The position numbers and the translations under genes are program-made. The notes under the pieces were generated by a model. That model saw nothing but the letters and a program-made list of their open reading frames with translations. It was not told where the DNA came from and did not search any database. 64,000 nt of DNA from Octopus sinensis. Taxonomy: Eukaryota. Where the stretch lies: assembly GCF_006345805.1 (NCBI RefSeq), contig NC_043008.1, positions 39,122,001 through 39,186,000 of the forward strand. The letters are read 5' to 3'. Within the stretch, counting starts at the first letter, position 1; each line of letters begins with the position of its first letter. Positions 63,501 through 64,000 of this stretch are shown piece after piece.

Positions 63501-64000
63501 TCTTAACTTTAAGAGGTATTTAAGATGATCAGCATTGGATCAATACCATAAGAGATCTACTAACAAGGCTTCCTAAAGAAATGGGGAACATAGTGATCCT
63601 CATACATGGAGATTTGTCAGATCCATTAGCTCTTTGGGAGAAATTCAAAGATTCCATGTCAGACGATGAACTATCTTTGCTTATTATGTCAACAAATGCA
63701 TCATGAAGGATCACTGAAGCGTGTACAAGGAAAACAGAAATGGTTCTTAAAGAAACTCGAAGATTTCAATTTAACATTTTCTCACAATAACGAAGAAATT
63801 GAAGTTAAGCATGAATTGTTGCGTGAATTGAACTATGACATTGATGAGCAGCGAAATATTGTTGCGGAAAGAACACCACTGATTAATGAAGAGTAACAGG
63901 CCATTTATAATTATGTTGTCAGAGGTTTGAACACGAATCCCTCATCATTCATTTTCATTGAGGCACCAATTAGCTTAAGTCAAGAGTAAAGGTCAAATAG
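60480..64000 (+). mobile_element. Decayed Helitron RepHel coding region (runs off the window)
   Basis: CCMNGKV, GQIYHFLGPL.P, RRWNAP...EI, YDPLQ, GRLLQRYLVDQAARIE...L, LPSTFTGGPRYM, FITLTCN.KW.EI, EIPDP, HCNVEV, IKYVIKY, VRGP, with many stops and frameshifts. Confidence 0.9.

Overview
Repeat-rich eukaryotic DNA, most likely an octopus or other coleoid cephalopod. This assignment is an inference from the dense AT/TTA/ACAT microsatellites and the tRNA-derived SINE families. The only intact host genes are two same-strand, single-ORF (intronless) paralogues 18,092 bp apart, at 24734-29815 (1693 aa) and 42826-47895 (1689 aa). Each encodes a receptor guanylyl cyclase: signal peptide, about 460 aa of unassigned N-terminal region (probably three Ig-like modules), a Venus-flytrap/ANF-receptor domain, three EGF-like repeats, one TM helix, a degenerate kinase-homology domain, a coiled coil and a guanylyl-cyclase domain. 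The two copies are a mosaic of near-identical and strongly diverged blocks. The rest is mobile DNA: CR1-like and Tx1/L1-like LINEs, several R4/Dong-like (RLE) LINEs, and a ~555-bp non-autonomous element that sits with them in (TAA)n arrays in the same orientation and register. There are also three tRNA-derived SINE families, mariner/Tc1 remnants, a decayed Helitron and a U6 pseudogene abutting a SINE. Fold-back elements join a tRNA-like head to a Penelope-type tail carrying a minimal hammerhead-ribozyme motif. All identities were judged by eye; no database search was run. Boundaries of decayed elements are approximate.
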